Below, one piece after another: positions 1 to 9,237 of a stretch of DNA of 34,210 nt (position 1 is the first letter of the stretch; each line of letters opens with the position of its first letter). The DNA comes from an uncultured bacterium (GTDB lineage Bacteria > JAGOEH01), in NCBI GenBank assembly GCA_964632485.1, contig CAZWDO010000004.1, positions 248,001-282,210 on the forward strand. Direction: 5' to 3'. Below the pieces are notes generated by a model. That model was not told the DNA's origin and ran no database searches. It saw nothing but the letters and a program-made list of their open reading frames with translations. A program made the translations under genes and the position numbers.

Positions 1-170
1 CTTTTTTTTTAATTAGGTCATTTCATTTTACTCCTTATTAATTTTTCTTATTAGAATTAACGACTTTCCGTTTAATCGGATTTGGCGGTCATACGGAAAT
101 CCTTTAAAATATTTAAGTCTTACCAAGCTTTACCTTTTCAACAATTAAAATTGAGAAAGAGCGCAAGAGA

Positions 171-869
171 ATGAAAAATCTTAAACTAATTTTTTGGATG
201 TTATTATTATCAACGATTTTTGGAGAAATTTTTTATGCCCAGGATTGGGCCAATCTTAATTGCTATCGAAAAGAAAATGAAAGCATTGGATTGCCGTCAT
301 CAAAGGAAAAGCGGATTGTATTTATGGGCAACTCAATAACTGAGGGCTGGAAAAAATTTTGCCCTGATTTTTTCTCAGGCAGGCCCTATATCAATCGCGG
401 GATAAGCGGACAAACAACACCTCAGATGTTGTTGAGATTCAGAACGGATGTGATCAACCTTAAACCGGCAGTTGTTGTAATTTTAGCGGGAATAAATGAT
501 ATTGCTGGTAATACCGGACCTTCAACATTAGAAATGATAGAAGATAATATAATTTCAATGGCTGAATTGGCAGCGGTTAATGGGATTAAAGTTATCCTCT
601 GCTCGGTTTTGCCCACGGTTCATTTCCCTTGGAAACCGGAGCTTAACCCGGCAGAAAAAATAATTGCCTTGAATGAGTTGATTAAACAATATGCGGCAAG
701 AAACGGGATTCTTTACCTTGATTATTATTCCTCAATGGTTGATGAACACAAGGGTTTGAAAAATATGTACACGTATGATGGAGTTCACCCAAATGAAGCG
801 GGATATAGAGTTATGGCGCCCCTTATAGAAGAGGCGATTGTAAAAGTAGTGCCCCGGAAAAATGATTAA
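171..869 (+). CDS. SGNH/GDSL-family hydrolase (acylhydrolase/esterase), secreted
   Basis: SGNH blocks are visible: FMGNSIT (catalytic Ser), NRGISGQTT, LAGINDI, DGVHPN (Asp-His). N-terminal signal-peptide-like stretch. Confidence 0.92.
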   Translation: MKNLKLIFWMLLLSTIFGEIFYAQDWANLNCYRKENESIGLPSSKEKRIVFMGNSITEGWKKFCPDFFSGRPYINRGISGQTTPQMLLRFRTDVINLKPAVVVILAGINDIAGNTGPSTLEMIEDNIISMAELAAVNGIKVILCSVLPTVHFPWKPELNPAEKIIALNELIKQYAARNGILYLDYYSSMVDEHKGLKNMYTYDGVHPNEAGYRVMAPLIEEAIVKVVPRKND

Positions 870-896
870 TTCCGCATTTTTTGAAAGGAATAGCTT

Positions 897-1619
897 ATGG
901 CGAATATCCCACCCCCGGTCTTATTAGAAATCCCTGAAGCCATCCTGGCAAAATGGCAGAGCATTATTGATATTATGGCAAAAATAATTAATGTGCCAGC
1001 GGGTCTGATTATGCGCATAATCGAGACTGATATTACAGTATTTCTTGCCAGTCGGACAGGTAATAATCCATACACAGTCGGCGCGGGAGAATGCTTCAAT
1101 AATTCTGGATTGTATTGCGAAAAAGTGATTAAAACAAAAGAAATGCTTCTGGTTTCTAATGCGCTTTCTGATGAAAATTGGAAAAATAATCCGGATACTA
1201 AACTCAATATGATTTCCTATTTGGGATTCCCCATCATTTTGCCGGATGAAACACTTTTTGGCACGATATGTATTCTTGATAATAAAGAAAATTGCTATTC
1301 AGAATTATATGTTGACTTGATTAAAAATTTTAAAAGTATTATAGAACGGGATCTTGAATTAATTTACATGAATCATTCTCTGGGTGAAAAGAATAGACAA
1401 CTCAGTGAATATTTAGCGGAAATTCAAATTTTGCGCGGGATCCTGCCCATTTGCGCAAATTGTAAAAAAATTCGGGATGACAAAGGCTATTGGAATCAAT
1501 TGGAAGAATATTTTTCAAAATATTCAGAGGTTCAATTTTCTCATGGCCTTTGTGATGAATGCGCGGAAAAACTTTATGGTGAAGAAGATTGGTATAAAAA
1601 TTGGAAGCAAGCGCGATAG
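897..1619 (+). CDS. GAF-domain protein with C-terminal Cys-rich (putative Zn-binding) module
   Basis: GAF motif SYLGFPIILPDETLFGTICILD, a short coiled coil, then LPICANCKKIRDDKGYW...FSHGLCDEC. GAAAGGA RBS upstream. Confidence 0.85.
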   Translation: MANIPPPVLLEIPEAILAKWQSIIDIMAKIINVPAGLIMRIIETDITVFLASRTGNNPYTVGAGECFNNSGLYCEKVIKTKEMLLVSNALSDENWKNNPDTKLNMISYLGFPIILPDETLFGTICILDNKENCYSELYVDLIKNFKSIIERDLELIYMNHSLGEKNRQLSEYLAEIQILRGILPICANCKKIRDDKGYWNQLEEYFSKYSEVQFSHGLCDECAEKLYGEEDWYKNWKQAR

Positions 1620-1701
1620 ATGCCGATTATTGACGGCAAGCAATTTTGCCGGGATATAAGAGTCTGGCCGCTATTCAATTTATTTTGAAAGGATTTTAAA
1701 C

Positions 1702-3897
1702 ATGAAAAATTTTTTTATGATTTTAATTTTGTACTTATTTATTATTTCGCTACCTGTTACAAAGACTCTTTTGGCGGACTCTGTCGTTTTAACAAAACTC
1801 CAGGAAATTCAGATTACGCCCACTCCCACGCATTTTACCGGTGATTTTTGCCGGGTCTATTATGATTCCATCTCGAATTCTGTCATCGTAACCTATGGGG
1901 GAACTAAAATAGGAGGAATTTCCGGTTCTCCAAATGATAAAGAATATGTATATAGAAAATATGATACAGCGTTTGTGTATAGTAATCAAACGGGAGTGCT
2001 ACCCAATTTTACCGGGGCCTCTGATTATGCAATGGTTAGACTTCATAGCCGATATTACCATCTTACGGGGGCAAAAGACGCTTATCAATTAACCAAATTT
2101 GATAATAGTTTCAATTTTCTCAATAGTGTTTTAATCAGTTTACTGCCAAATAACAGCAGTAATGATCAACTATTTAATGCGGTGAACAATAAGCTTTATT
2201 TTGCGTCGTTGTATGATACTTCGGCTGCCGGTGACAGCCCCGATGTGCTCGCGCGGTTTTTCGTATATGATACACTTTTAAACAGAATCCAGGATACGAT
2301 ACTTACAGACACAACCTTCATGCCAACAGGTGGAAGTATCATTTATAATAACAATAAATTACATATTGTTGCCAGCGATCAGTTCGGCAGTCCCAGAGAC
2401 CATTTACCCAGCCATATGTATGCCTATCAATATAGCATAGACTGGCAATATTCAGGGAGAAAATCCCTTGACACCAGCGGACAGTGGTCGCAGGGTTTGA
2501 TATATGATAGCGGGTTTTATTATGTGGCCTACCATACCCCCGGATATCATGGTGTTGGCGACATCGCTGTGGGAATTTATGACTCGTCCTGGAATCTTGT
2601 GCATAAAGAAATGATTACAAATTATCATGCGAATTTCGACACAGTTGTAGCGCAAAGGCCTTATATCATGAAACTCAATAATAAATTGTATATAAGCTAT
2701 GATATAGAGACTTTTTCCATGGGTACTTATAATAGAGATTGGCAGGCAGTCGTCGCTGTTTATCAGTTATCTTTTAATACACAACCTGATACGTTGCCAA
2801 ATTTTTCATTCTATTACGTATCGGGAGCTCAAAATTCTCATGGCATCTGGTTAGCTTCTCAGAATGGATCGGGAAGTTGGGACCGGGGTTCAAAGGTCTT
2901 TTTAAATGACGCTTTTGATGGCGACTGCGTGGATCCCGATGTTGTTAAATTGAATGATGGCAGATACCGGTTGTATTACTTTAAAGGCCATTTTGTAACT
3001 CCACCCGTACCCAATGATACTCTGCATAAAATTTATTCCGCTATTTCTTCTGATGGAATACACTATACGATTGAAGGCCTGGCATTTGAACATGAATTTA
3101 TTACGGATCCATCAGTTGTTTGCATCCATGATAGTTTGTTTTTAATGGCCGCCATTAAAAGTGTCCATGACACAGGCTATGTGGTTATTGCGAAAAGTAC
3201 CAATGGCAGAATTTTTAACCAGGTCACTATGTTAGCCAATGTTTCCATTCCGGAATTGAGCGTAATCAATGAACATACCATCCGTTTGTATTCGCCTGGA
3301 ATGGGTGGGGTGGTCAGTAAGGTATCTTATGACCAGGGAACAACATGGCAGGATGAATCCGGTCCACGATTAGCATACCAGGGACTTGCCGCTGATCCCA
3401 GTGTGACACAAACAGAATCAGGTAAATGGATCATGCTGGTTAAGGGTATCACGGATAGTAATGCGCCGGGAATAGCCGGTCACAAGGTTATGGTAGCGAC
3501 AAGTCATGACGGCAATACGTTTACCATGATCAATGACATGATATTGGATAGCGCAAGTGTGCCTGATATCGTTGTTTTATCTTCCCCCACCACTCAAGTG
3601 GGAACAACGGTTATTGATCATAATTTGAAAAGTTTCACGTTATACAACAATTATCCTAATCCCTTTCAACATGGAACCACGATTACTTATTCACTTCAAT
3701 CCGCGGGGTATGTAGTTTTAGTTGTTTATAATATATTGGGACAGAAAATCGATCAGCTTGTGAACCAATATCAAACCCCAGGCAATTATAGAATTCATTT
3801 TTCCGCTGATCAATATGATCTCTTTTCAGGTGTTTTATATTACAAATTAAACGTAGATAAGCATTCACAAATTAAAAAAATGGTATTTTTAAAGTAA
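1702..3897 (+). CDS. Secreted beta-propeller protein with T9SS type A-like C-terminal domain
   Basis: Signal peptide; repeated blade motifs DPDVV/DPSVV/IPELSV/DPSVT/VPDIVV with Asp-box-like S.DG..W/F; C-terminal NYPNPF...VYNILGQ...KKMVFLK. Confidence 0.8.
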   Translation: MKNFFMILILYLFIISLPVTKTLLADSVVLTKLQEIQITPTPTHFTGDFCRVYYDSISNSVIVTYGGTKIGGISGSPNDKEYVYRKYDTAFVYSNQTGVLPNFTGASDYAMVRLHSRYYHLTGAKDAYQLTKFDNSFNFLNSVLISLLPNNSSNDQLFNAVNNKLYFASLYDTSAAGDSPDVLARFFVYDTLLNRIQDTILTDTTFMPTGGSIIYNNNKLHIVASDQFGSPRDHLPSHMYAYQYSIDWQYSGRKSLDTSGQWSQGLIYDSGFYYVAYHTPGYHGVGDIAVGIYDSSWNLVHKEMITNYHANFDTVVAQRPYIMKLNNKLYISYDIETFSMGTYNRDWQAVVAVYQLSFNTQPDTLPNFSFYYVSGAQNSHGIWLASQNGSGSWDRGSKVFLNDAFDGDCVDPDVVKLNDGRYRLYYFKGHFVTPPVPNDTLHKIYSAISSDGIHYTIEGLAFEHEFITDPSVVCIHDSLFLMAAIKSVHDTGYVVIAKSTNGRIFNQVTMLANVSIPELSVINEHTIRLYSPGMGGVVSKVSYDQGTTWQDESGPRLAYQGLAADPSVTQTESGKWIMLVKGITDSNAPGIAGHKVMVATSHDGNTFTMINDMILDSASVPDIVVLSSPTTQVGTTVIDHNLKSFTLYNNYPNPFQHGTTITYSLQSAGYVVLVVYNILGQKIDQLVNQYQTPGNYRIHFSADQYDLFSGVLYYKLNVDKHSQIKKMVFLK

Positions 3898-4081
3898 AAT
3901 TTTTATGACTGGTGGTGATTATTTTAAAGGTGATTAGGTAAACTATAGCAAAACAAAACAAACTTAAACTGGAAAATTGGTGCCAATATGATATAAAAAT
4001 AATGGATGGGACATTAGCGAAACCGTAAAGAGTAACGGTTTACCAACTATGACGGGAAAAACTTTATAACAGGAATACAAA

Positions 4082-5932
4082 ATGAACGACGTGTTGAAAA
4101 CGGCAAAGAGTTGCAGGCACTATGCCATGTGTAAGATAGATTTTTTGAATACCGGATTATGTGCATCAGGAACGGAAAAACAGTATGTCAGTTATTATCC
4201 TCAAGGGAGAATGGACCTCTATGCCGCCCTTGTAGAGAAGAAAGTTCCTGTAACTGAGAAATGCGTTGAGATTGCCGAAAGCTGTAATCTGTGTGGTAAA
4301 TGCGATTATCAGTGTTATTTTGTAACTGAAATGAAGCCCTCTGCCGTGATGAAGGCGCTGAAAGAGCATGTGAGACTATACATAGAAAATGGCGGGGAAG
4401 TGGTTATTGGAGAAACTGACACTATTCTTGAGGGGCTTAAACAAATCGTGGGAGATTATTGGGCAACGTCCGACCGCGCTGTGGCGTTAACCTATTCCCA
4501 TGATCCGTGCCCGGTCGCGGAACCATGTATGCCGGAATATGTCATCATGCCGGATTCGACCGCTGAAATTTCGGCTGTCGTTAAATTTTTGCGTCATTAT
4601 AAAATCCCCTATACAGTGCGAGGGAACGGATCCAGTGTGATGGGCTTTGTAATGAGCAAAGGCGCGGTTATTGATCTGGGAAGAATGAAAACAATCGATT
4701 TTGACGAGAAGAACTGGCTGGCTAAAGTGGGTCCCGGAGTTGCCGCGTTCGATTTGCAGAAAGCTTCTGTAAATTTGGGATATAGGGTGAATGTAGCGGA
4801 ACCATCGGCGTTGGTTTGCGCTAACATCATGTGCTCAGGGATATTTTCGACATTCTCAGCGAGTTACGGCACTGCCGCTGATAATTATATCGACGCAGAA
4901 TTTGTTGACGGCAATGGAGAAGTGTTCAGACTGAGCGATAAATCTGCCCCGAACATCTTTGCATTTGAGAAGGTAGATGCGGCAGTCCCGGCAATCTGTT
5001 CGTGCGCCTATATCAGGCTTCACCCAGTCACTTCGGATGAAGGCGCGGCGTTTGTTCCATTTGACTCCCTTGAAAAGGCGCTCAATTTTGCAAGAGAGTG
5101 CGCCATGCGGAGGATCGGTCTGGCAATAGGCGTGCTTGGTGGAGAATATTTATCGGTTTTTCTCTCTCCAACAAAAAAGCTGGCCGCGGAAGCGAAAGGT
5201 ATATTCAGAGATAAACTCGGGATTAAATACCTGACGTTGGTGATCGGGGATAAATATGCGCTGAGTTCGCTAAAAGAGATGGGATACAACTATTTTGACA
5301 ATCGTATGTTCCGGATACTGAGTCTGGGCCTTGTTTCATTAACCTCGGCGAAATGGCTGGATCTTCTGGAAGAGCTTGGCGGCGAAGAACCGTTTTCGTA
5401 CCTTGGTCTCAAGCGGTTCCCCGATCTTGCCGAGACGGCGCTGATGCCATCCCCCGCTCAGCTTGTCCGCGATGTTGATCCTGAACTCCGGCTGTTTTTT
5501 GAGGAACTATACTCAAAACCTGAAATGACCGATCCCGTGTGGTTAAGCATGTTCAGGATTGTCAGCTCGCGGATGGGGCGCGAGAAACATGCGCTGGCCA
5601 TGATTATCTACCTTCCAATTGATACGGCGCTGATTGAGGAGATATGTGGTGAGTTTAAACGCATTGCAGACAGTTATGGATTAAAGAATGACTATGGTTT
5701 TATCACTCCTCTTGATAATGGAAAACGTTGTGTGTTTGAGTATGATTATTACCTTGATCATAACGATCCGGATGAACGGATAAGGATGCGGCAGGCAATG
5801 ATGGAAGCAGGAATTATGATTGAGAGGTATTCAGCGGAAACAGGGACAATTACCTGGATACGATATGTGTTTTGCCGGGGGTTCGGTAGAAAGGAAAATT
5901 TTCTTTATTCAACTGCCGGTGCGGAAAAATGA
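4082..5932 (+). CDS. Fe-S cluster-containing FAD-binding oxidoreductase (VAO/FAD_binding_4 family)
   Basis: N-terminal CRHYAMC...C and CNLCGKCDYQC ferredoxin-like motifs. PEYVIMP...VRGNGSS...IDLGRMKTI...VGPGV is typical of the FAD-binding PCMH fold. Confidence 0.82.
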   Translation: MNDVLKTAKSCRHYAMCKIDFLNTGLCASGTEKQYVSYYPQGRMDLYAALVEKKVPVTEKCVEIAESCNLCGKCDYQCYFVTEMKPSAVMKALKEHVRLYIENGGEVVIGETDTILEGLKQIVGDYWATSDRAVALTYSHDPCPVAEPCMPEYVIMPDSTAEISAVVKFLRHYKIPYTVRGNGSSVMGFVMSKGAVIDLGRMKTIDFDEKNWLAKVGPGVAAFDLQKASVNLGYRVNVAEPSALVCANIMCSGIFSTFSASYGTAADNYIDAEFVDGNGEVFRLSDKSAPNIFAFEKVDAAVPAICSCAYIRLHPVTSDEGAAFVPFDSLEKALNFARECAMRRIGLAIGVLGGEYLSVFLSPTKKLAAEAKGIFRDKLGIKYLTLVIGDKYALSSLKEMGYNYFDNRMFRILSLGLVSLTSAKWLDLLEELGGEEPFSYLGLKRFPDLAETALMPSPAQLVRDVDPELRLFFEELYSKPEMTDPVWLSMFRIVSSRMGREKHALAMIIYLPIDTALIEEICGEFKRIADSYGLKNDYGFITPLDNGKRCVFEYDYYLDHNDPDERIRMRQAMMEAGIMIERYSAETGTITWIRYVFCRGFGRKENFLYSTAGAEK

Positions 5933-7113
5933 TCGATATGAAAACGGTTAAAAATGAAAAATTTTTAATTACCGGCGCAACCGGTTTTTTGGGAAGCCAT
6001 ATTATGGCAGGGCTTCTATTGAAAGGTAAAAGTGTTGTTATCTTAGGCCGTCCCTCGGGGGGGCAATCGCTAAAGGCAAGAATCAGTCGATTGCTAAATT
6101 GGTTTGGGATCGGACATCTTGAGCGATTGCTTGAATTTTATGAAACTGATTTTCTGAAAATCAGGTTAGGACTAAACGAGAATGAATACGAGGATTTAAG
6201 ACGTCAGCATTTTAGCATCATTCACTGCGCGTCGGATACCAGTTTTACAGAGAATAACCGCGAGAGGGTGATGCGGTCCAATGTTGAGAGTCTTAAAGAG
6301 ATTATGAATTTTGCTCAGAGTAGTAAAACTTCCTGTTTTCACTTTATCAGCACTGCGTACGCGGCTGGCATTGATTACATTGAATGCCCGGAGGCTCCTG
6401 TGATTTCGACACATTTCACCAATGTTTATGAGGAGAGCAAAGCCCGGGGGGAATGGGAAGTGTCTGCAAGATGCCAGGAGAAAAGAATTCCCTATACAAT
6501 AATCCGTCCATCCATTGTATATGGAGATTCTGTGAACGGGAAATCACTCCGATTCAATGCGTTGTATTACCCGGTCCGATCACTTCAACATATTCGAGAT
6601 ATCTATCTTAATGATCTTAGGAATAATAATGGGAAAAAATCTGCAGAATGCGGTATTTATATCAATGATGAGGGAGCGCTCCATCTTCCTGTCAGGATAT
6701 TCATTCCAACTGAGGGCAGTATAAACCTTGTTCCTGTGAATTATTTTACAGAGACAATGCTATCGATCATTGAGAAATCTGAAACAGGAGCAATCTACCA
6801 TATTACCAGCAATCATCCTGAAAGCATCGTGAGACTGGTCTCATATACAGAACGGTTTCTAAATATTGCCGGAATTGAGGTAGTTGTGGGAAAATCATGC
6901 GCGGAGGAAATGAGAAATCCGCCTGAGGAGCTCTTCGATTATTTTATCAAAGCCTACCGGCCTTATATTTCGGATACACGCAACTTTACCAGAAAAAATA
7001 TGGATAAGGCTGTTAGTGGAGTTCTCCCGCCTGATTTCAGTTATGAAATTTTTAGGAAGTGCATGGCTTATGCTGTTTCCACAGAATGGGGTAAGCGTCT
7101 TTTTAATGATTAG
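5929..7113 (+). CDS. Extended SDR, male-sterility/fatty-acyl or thioester reductase-like (NAD_binding_4)
   Basis: ITGATGFLG Rossmann motif, IIHCAS, FISTAYAAG, YEESK (YxxxK), IIRPSIVYGDS. ATGA overlap with the upstream stop; alternative start at 5938. Confidence 0.85.
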   Translation: MIDMKTVKNEKFLITGATGFLGSHIMAGLLLKGKSVVILGRPSGGQSLKARISRLLNWFGIGHLERLLEFYETDFLKIRLGLNENEYEDLRRQHFSIIHCASDTSFTENNRERVMRSNVESLKEIMNFAQSSKTSCFHFISTAYAAGIDYIECPEAPVISTHFTNVYEESKARGEWEVSARCQEKRIPYTIIRPSIVYGDSVNGKSLRFNALYYPVRSLQHIRDIYLNDLRNNNGKKSAECGIYINDEGALHLPVRIFIPTEGSINLVPVNYFTETMLSIIEKSETGAIYHITSNHPESIVRLVSYTERFLNIAGIEVVVGKSCAEEMRNPPEELFDYFIKAYRPYISDTRNFTRKNMDKAVSGVLPPDFSYEIFRKCMAYAVSTEWGKRLFND

Positions 7114-7206
7114 AGACAATCCTGGCTATCTATAGTAAAGTGATTGATTAGCGCCTTTAACAGATTATCAAAATAATTTAAAATATTAACCCGAATATTT
7201 AATAAC

Positions 7207-7234
7207 TTGTATTTTATTTTTTTATTGCTATCTT
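7207..7234 (+). promoter_or_regulatory. Possible sigma70-type promoter
   Basis: TTGTAT (7207-7212), 16 nt, then TATCTT (7229-7234) preceded by TGn. AT-rich spacer 40 nt before ATG 7274; motif-only evidence. Confidence 0.3.
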
Positions 7235-7273
7235 TATTAATGATCAATAATCTTAAAAAAAGGATGAGCGACA

Positions 7274-8563
7274 ATGCGTAAAAAACCTTATTTTTACTTG
7301 AATCGATGCCAAACCCTGGCATTTATTTTTTTTGCGCTGAATTTTTTGCTGTTACCATTAAAAGCTGCTGATATTACACCGCCGACTCAAACGGTCCGTT
7401 TGCTTTTTATTCATCATTCCACCGGTGGAAATTGGCTGGCCGATCCCAATAGCGAGCAACCCTATGGAGGATTGGGGCTGGCATTAATGGCCAACAATTA
7501 TTTTGTCAGCGCCACCAATTATAGCTGGGGCCCGGAAAGCATTGGTGATCGTACCGATGTTCCCAACTGGCCGGAATGGTTTACCGGCCCGAATCGATCC
7601 GATTATATGTCCGCTATCTATAATGAGACGGATCAAAATATTGGAGATTTTGGCTCGTGGTCGCGTTTAGCTTCCAATCCGGGTGGCGAGAATGAAATTA
7701 TCATGTTCAAATCATGTTTTCCCAATTCCGATGTGTATGGTACGATTAATGACGATGCCTATTCAGAACCTAATGATTGGGAGTACTCCATCGCCAATTA
7801 TAAAGCAGTGTATAACAATTTACTGACCTATTTCGCTACCCGGCAGGATAAATTGTTTGTGGTAATTACAGCGCCACCCATGCAGGAGGGCGATTACCTG
7901 TCCGGTGATCAACCGGTAGCGGAACGGGCGGCAAATGCCCGCGCTTTCAATAACTGGCTTCTCAATAGCTGGTTGGCTGCATATCCACACCATAATGTTG
8001 CCGTTTTTGATTATTATAATATATTAACCAGCAACGGGGGCAGCGCGGATGTGAATGATATGGGAAGTGTTTCCGGAAATCATCACCGCTGGTGGAATGA
8101 TACGATTCAACATATTCAAACTGTTAATAATAATTTTGCAGCATATCCCAGTGGAGATAGCCATCCTTCTTCTGCCGGACATATTAAAGCAACCATCGAA
8201 TTTGTCCCGTTGCTGAACTATTTTTATAATCAATGGAAATCTGCTACTCTTATCGCTTCAGCGCCGGAATTGAAGGCGTCCTCAGCTACTATTTCTTCCA
8301 TTGCGTTTCCGAATCCTTTTAATTCGCAAATTACAATTAGCTACAGAATCACTGCCGAATCACCGGTGAGTATTGATATTTATAATAGCAATGGGGAATG
8401 GGTCCGCACTATTTTCCAATCATTATCTCAATCCCCCGGAACTTATCAATCGACATGGGATGGAGTAAGCCATAACCATAAAATCCGATCTTCCGGGTTA
8501 TATTTTTACACAATCCGGACAAAAGACGCCACGCGCGTTAATAAAATTTCTTTAATAAAATAA
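7274..8563 (+). CDS. Secreted uncharacterised SGNH-like protein with T9SS type A/FlgD-Ig-like C-terminal domain
   Basis: Signal peptide; LLFIHHSTG, IIMFKSCFPNS, VAVFDYY, GDSHP; C-terminal FPNPFN...IYNSNGE...WDG...SGLYFY. Confidence 0.75.
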   Translation: MRKKPYFYLNRCQTLAFIFFALNFLLLPLKAADITPPTQTVRLLFIHHSTGGNWLADPNSEQPYGGLGLALMANNYFVSATNYSWGPESIGDRTDVPNWPEWFTGPNRSDYMSAIYNETDQNIGDFGSWSRLASNPGGENEIIMFKSCFPNSDVYGTINDDAYSEPNDWEYSIANYKAVYNNLLTYFATRQDKLFVVITAPPMQEGDYLSGDQPVAERAANARAFNNWLLNSWLAAYPHHNVAVFDYYNILTSNGGSADVNDMGSVSGNHHRWWNDTIQHIQTVNNNFAAYPSGDSHPSSAGHIKATIEFVPLLNYFYNQWKSATLIASAPELKASSATISSIAFPNPFNSQITISYRITAESPVSIDIYNSNGEWVRTIFQSLSQSPGTYQSTWDGVSHNHKIRSSGLYFYTIRTKDATRVNKISLIK

Positions 8564-8723
8564 CCGGCACCGGAATCGGTGAACTGGCTTCAAATAGTAA
8601 AAGACGGGACGCATTCCTTACGATGTAAATAATTTGATAATGCTCTCTATACGAATCAAATAGATGATTTGTTCCTGTCCACGTCGAATATTGTGAAAAT
8701 GATGGCTAAGACCGGAGGGTTAT

Positions 8724-9212
8724 ATGAAAGAAGCCAACGATCAGAAAGAAATTGTAACTGCTCAGGAAGTGGCTAAAATTATTCAGCAAAGCGCTTATGG
8801 CGAATATGATCAGTACCATGACTGGTCGCCTTCCTATACGCTTCAGAATAAAGCTGATCTTTTAGAAAATATGCTTAAGTGTTGGGATACGACTGAAGAG
8901 AAAGGCAGAAAACTAATAGTTCAGTATGTTCGGACATTGATTAAGGAATCCGGAGGTGGTGTTAGTATTATTACGGATAAGCTGCTTAATTTTGGCGGGC
9001 ACTCCGAAATTGTCAAGATTGTGGATGAATTTTTAAATTCAGGTGTCTTCAGCCATGCATTGCTTAGTTCCATGAAGAATTATCATTTGAGGCAGGATGA
9101 TTGGTTGTTAAGAATCAGAGCTATTACTGCAGAACGAAAATTTATTGACAATAAACGTAAAGTAAAAAATCTTTATAAGGAAATCCAGGGACTGATTTTA
9201 GAATTAAGTTAG
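8724..9212 (+). CDS. Hypothetical protein
   Basis: 162-aa ORF with GGAGGG RBS and normal composition; no motif recognised. Confidence 0.7.
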   Translation: MKEANDQKEIVTAQEVAKIIQQSAYGEYDQYHDWSPSYTLQNKADLLENMLKCWDTTEEKGRKLIVQYVRTLIKESGGGVSIITDKLLNFGGHSEIVKIVDEFLNSGVFSHALLSSMKNYHLRQDDWLLRIRAITAERKFIDNKRKVKNLYKEIQGLILELS

Positions 9213-9237
9213 CTTTAAAGGAATTCGGAAATTATCT

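Noticed and set aside
1..37. AAGGAG plus ATG on the - strand suggesting a divergent gene leaving the window
   Set aside because: Both ATGs stop at once (ATG AAA TGA; ATG ACC TAA).
4082..5932. Calling the flavoprotein alkyl-DHAP synthase or GlcD
   Set aside because: The C-terminal His motif of those enzymes is not visible, so only the fold-level call is supported.
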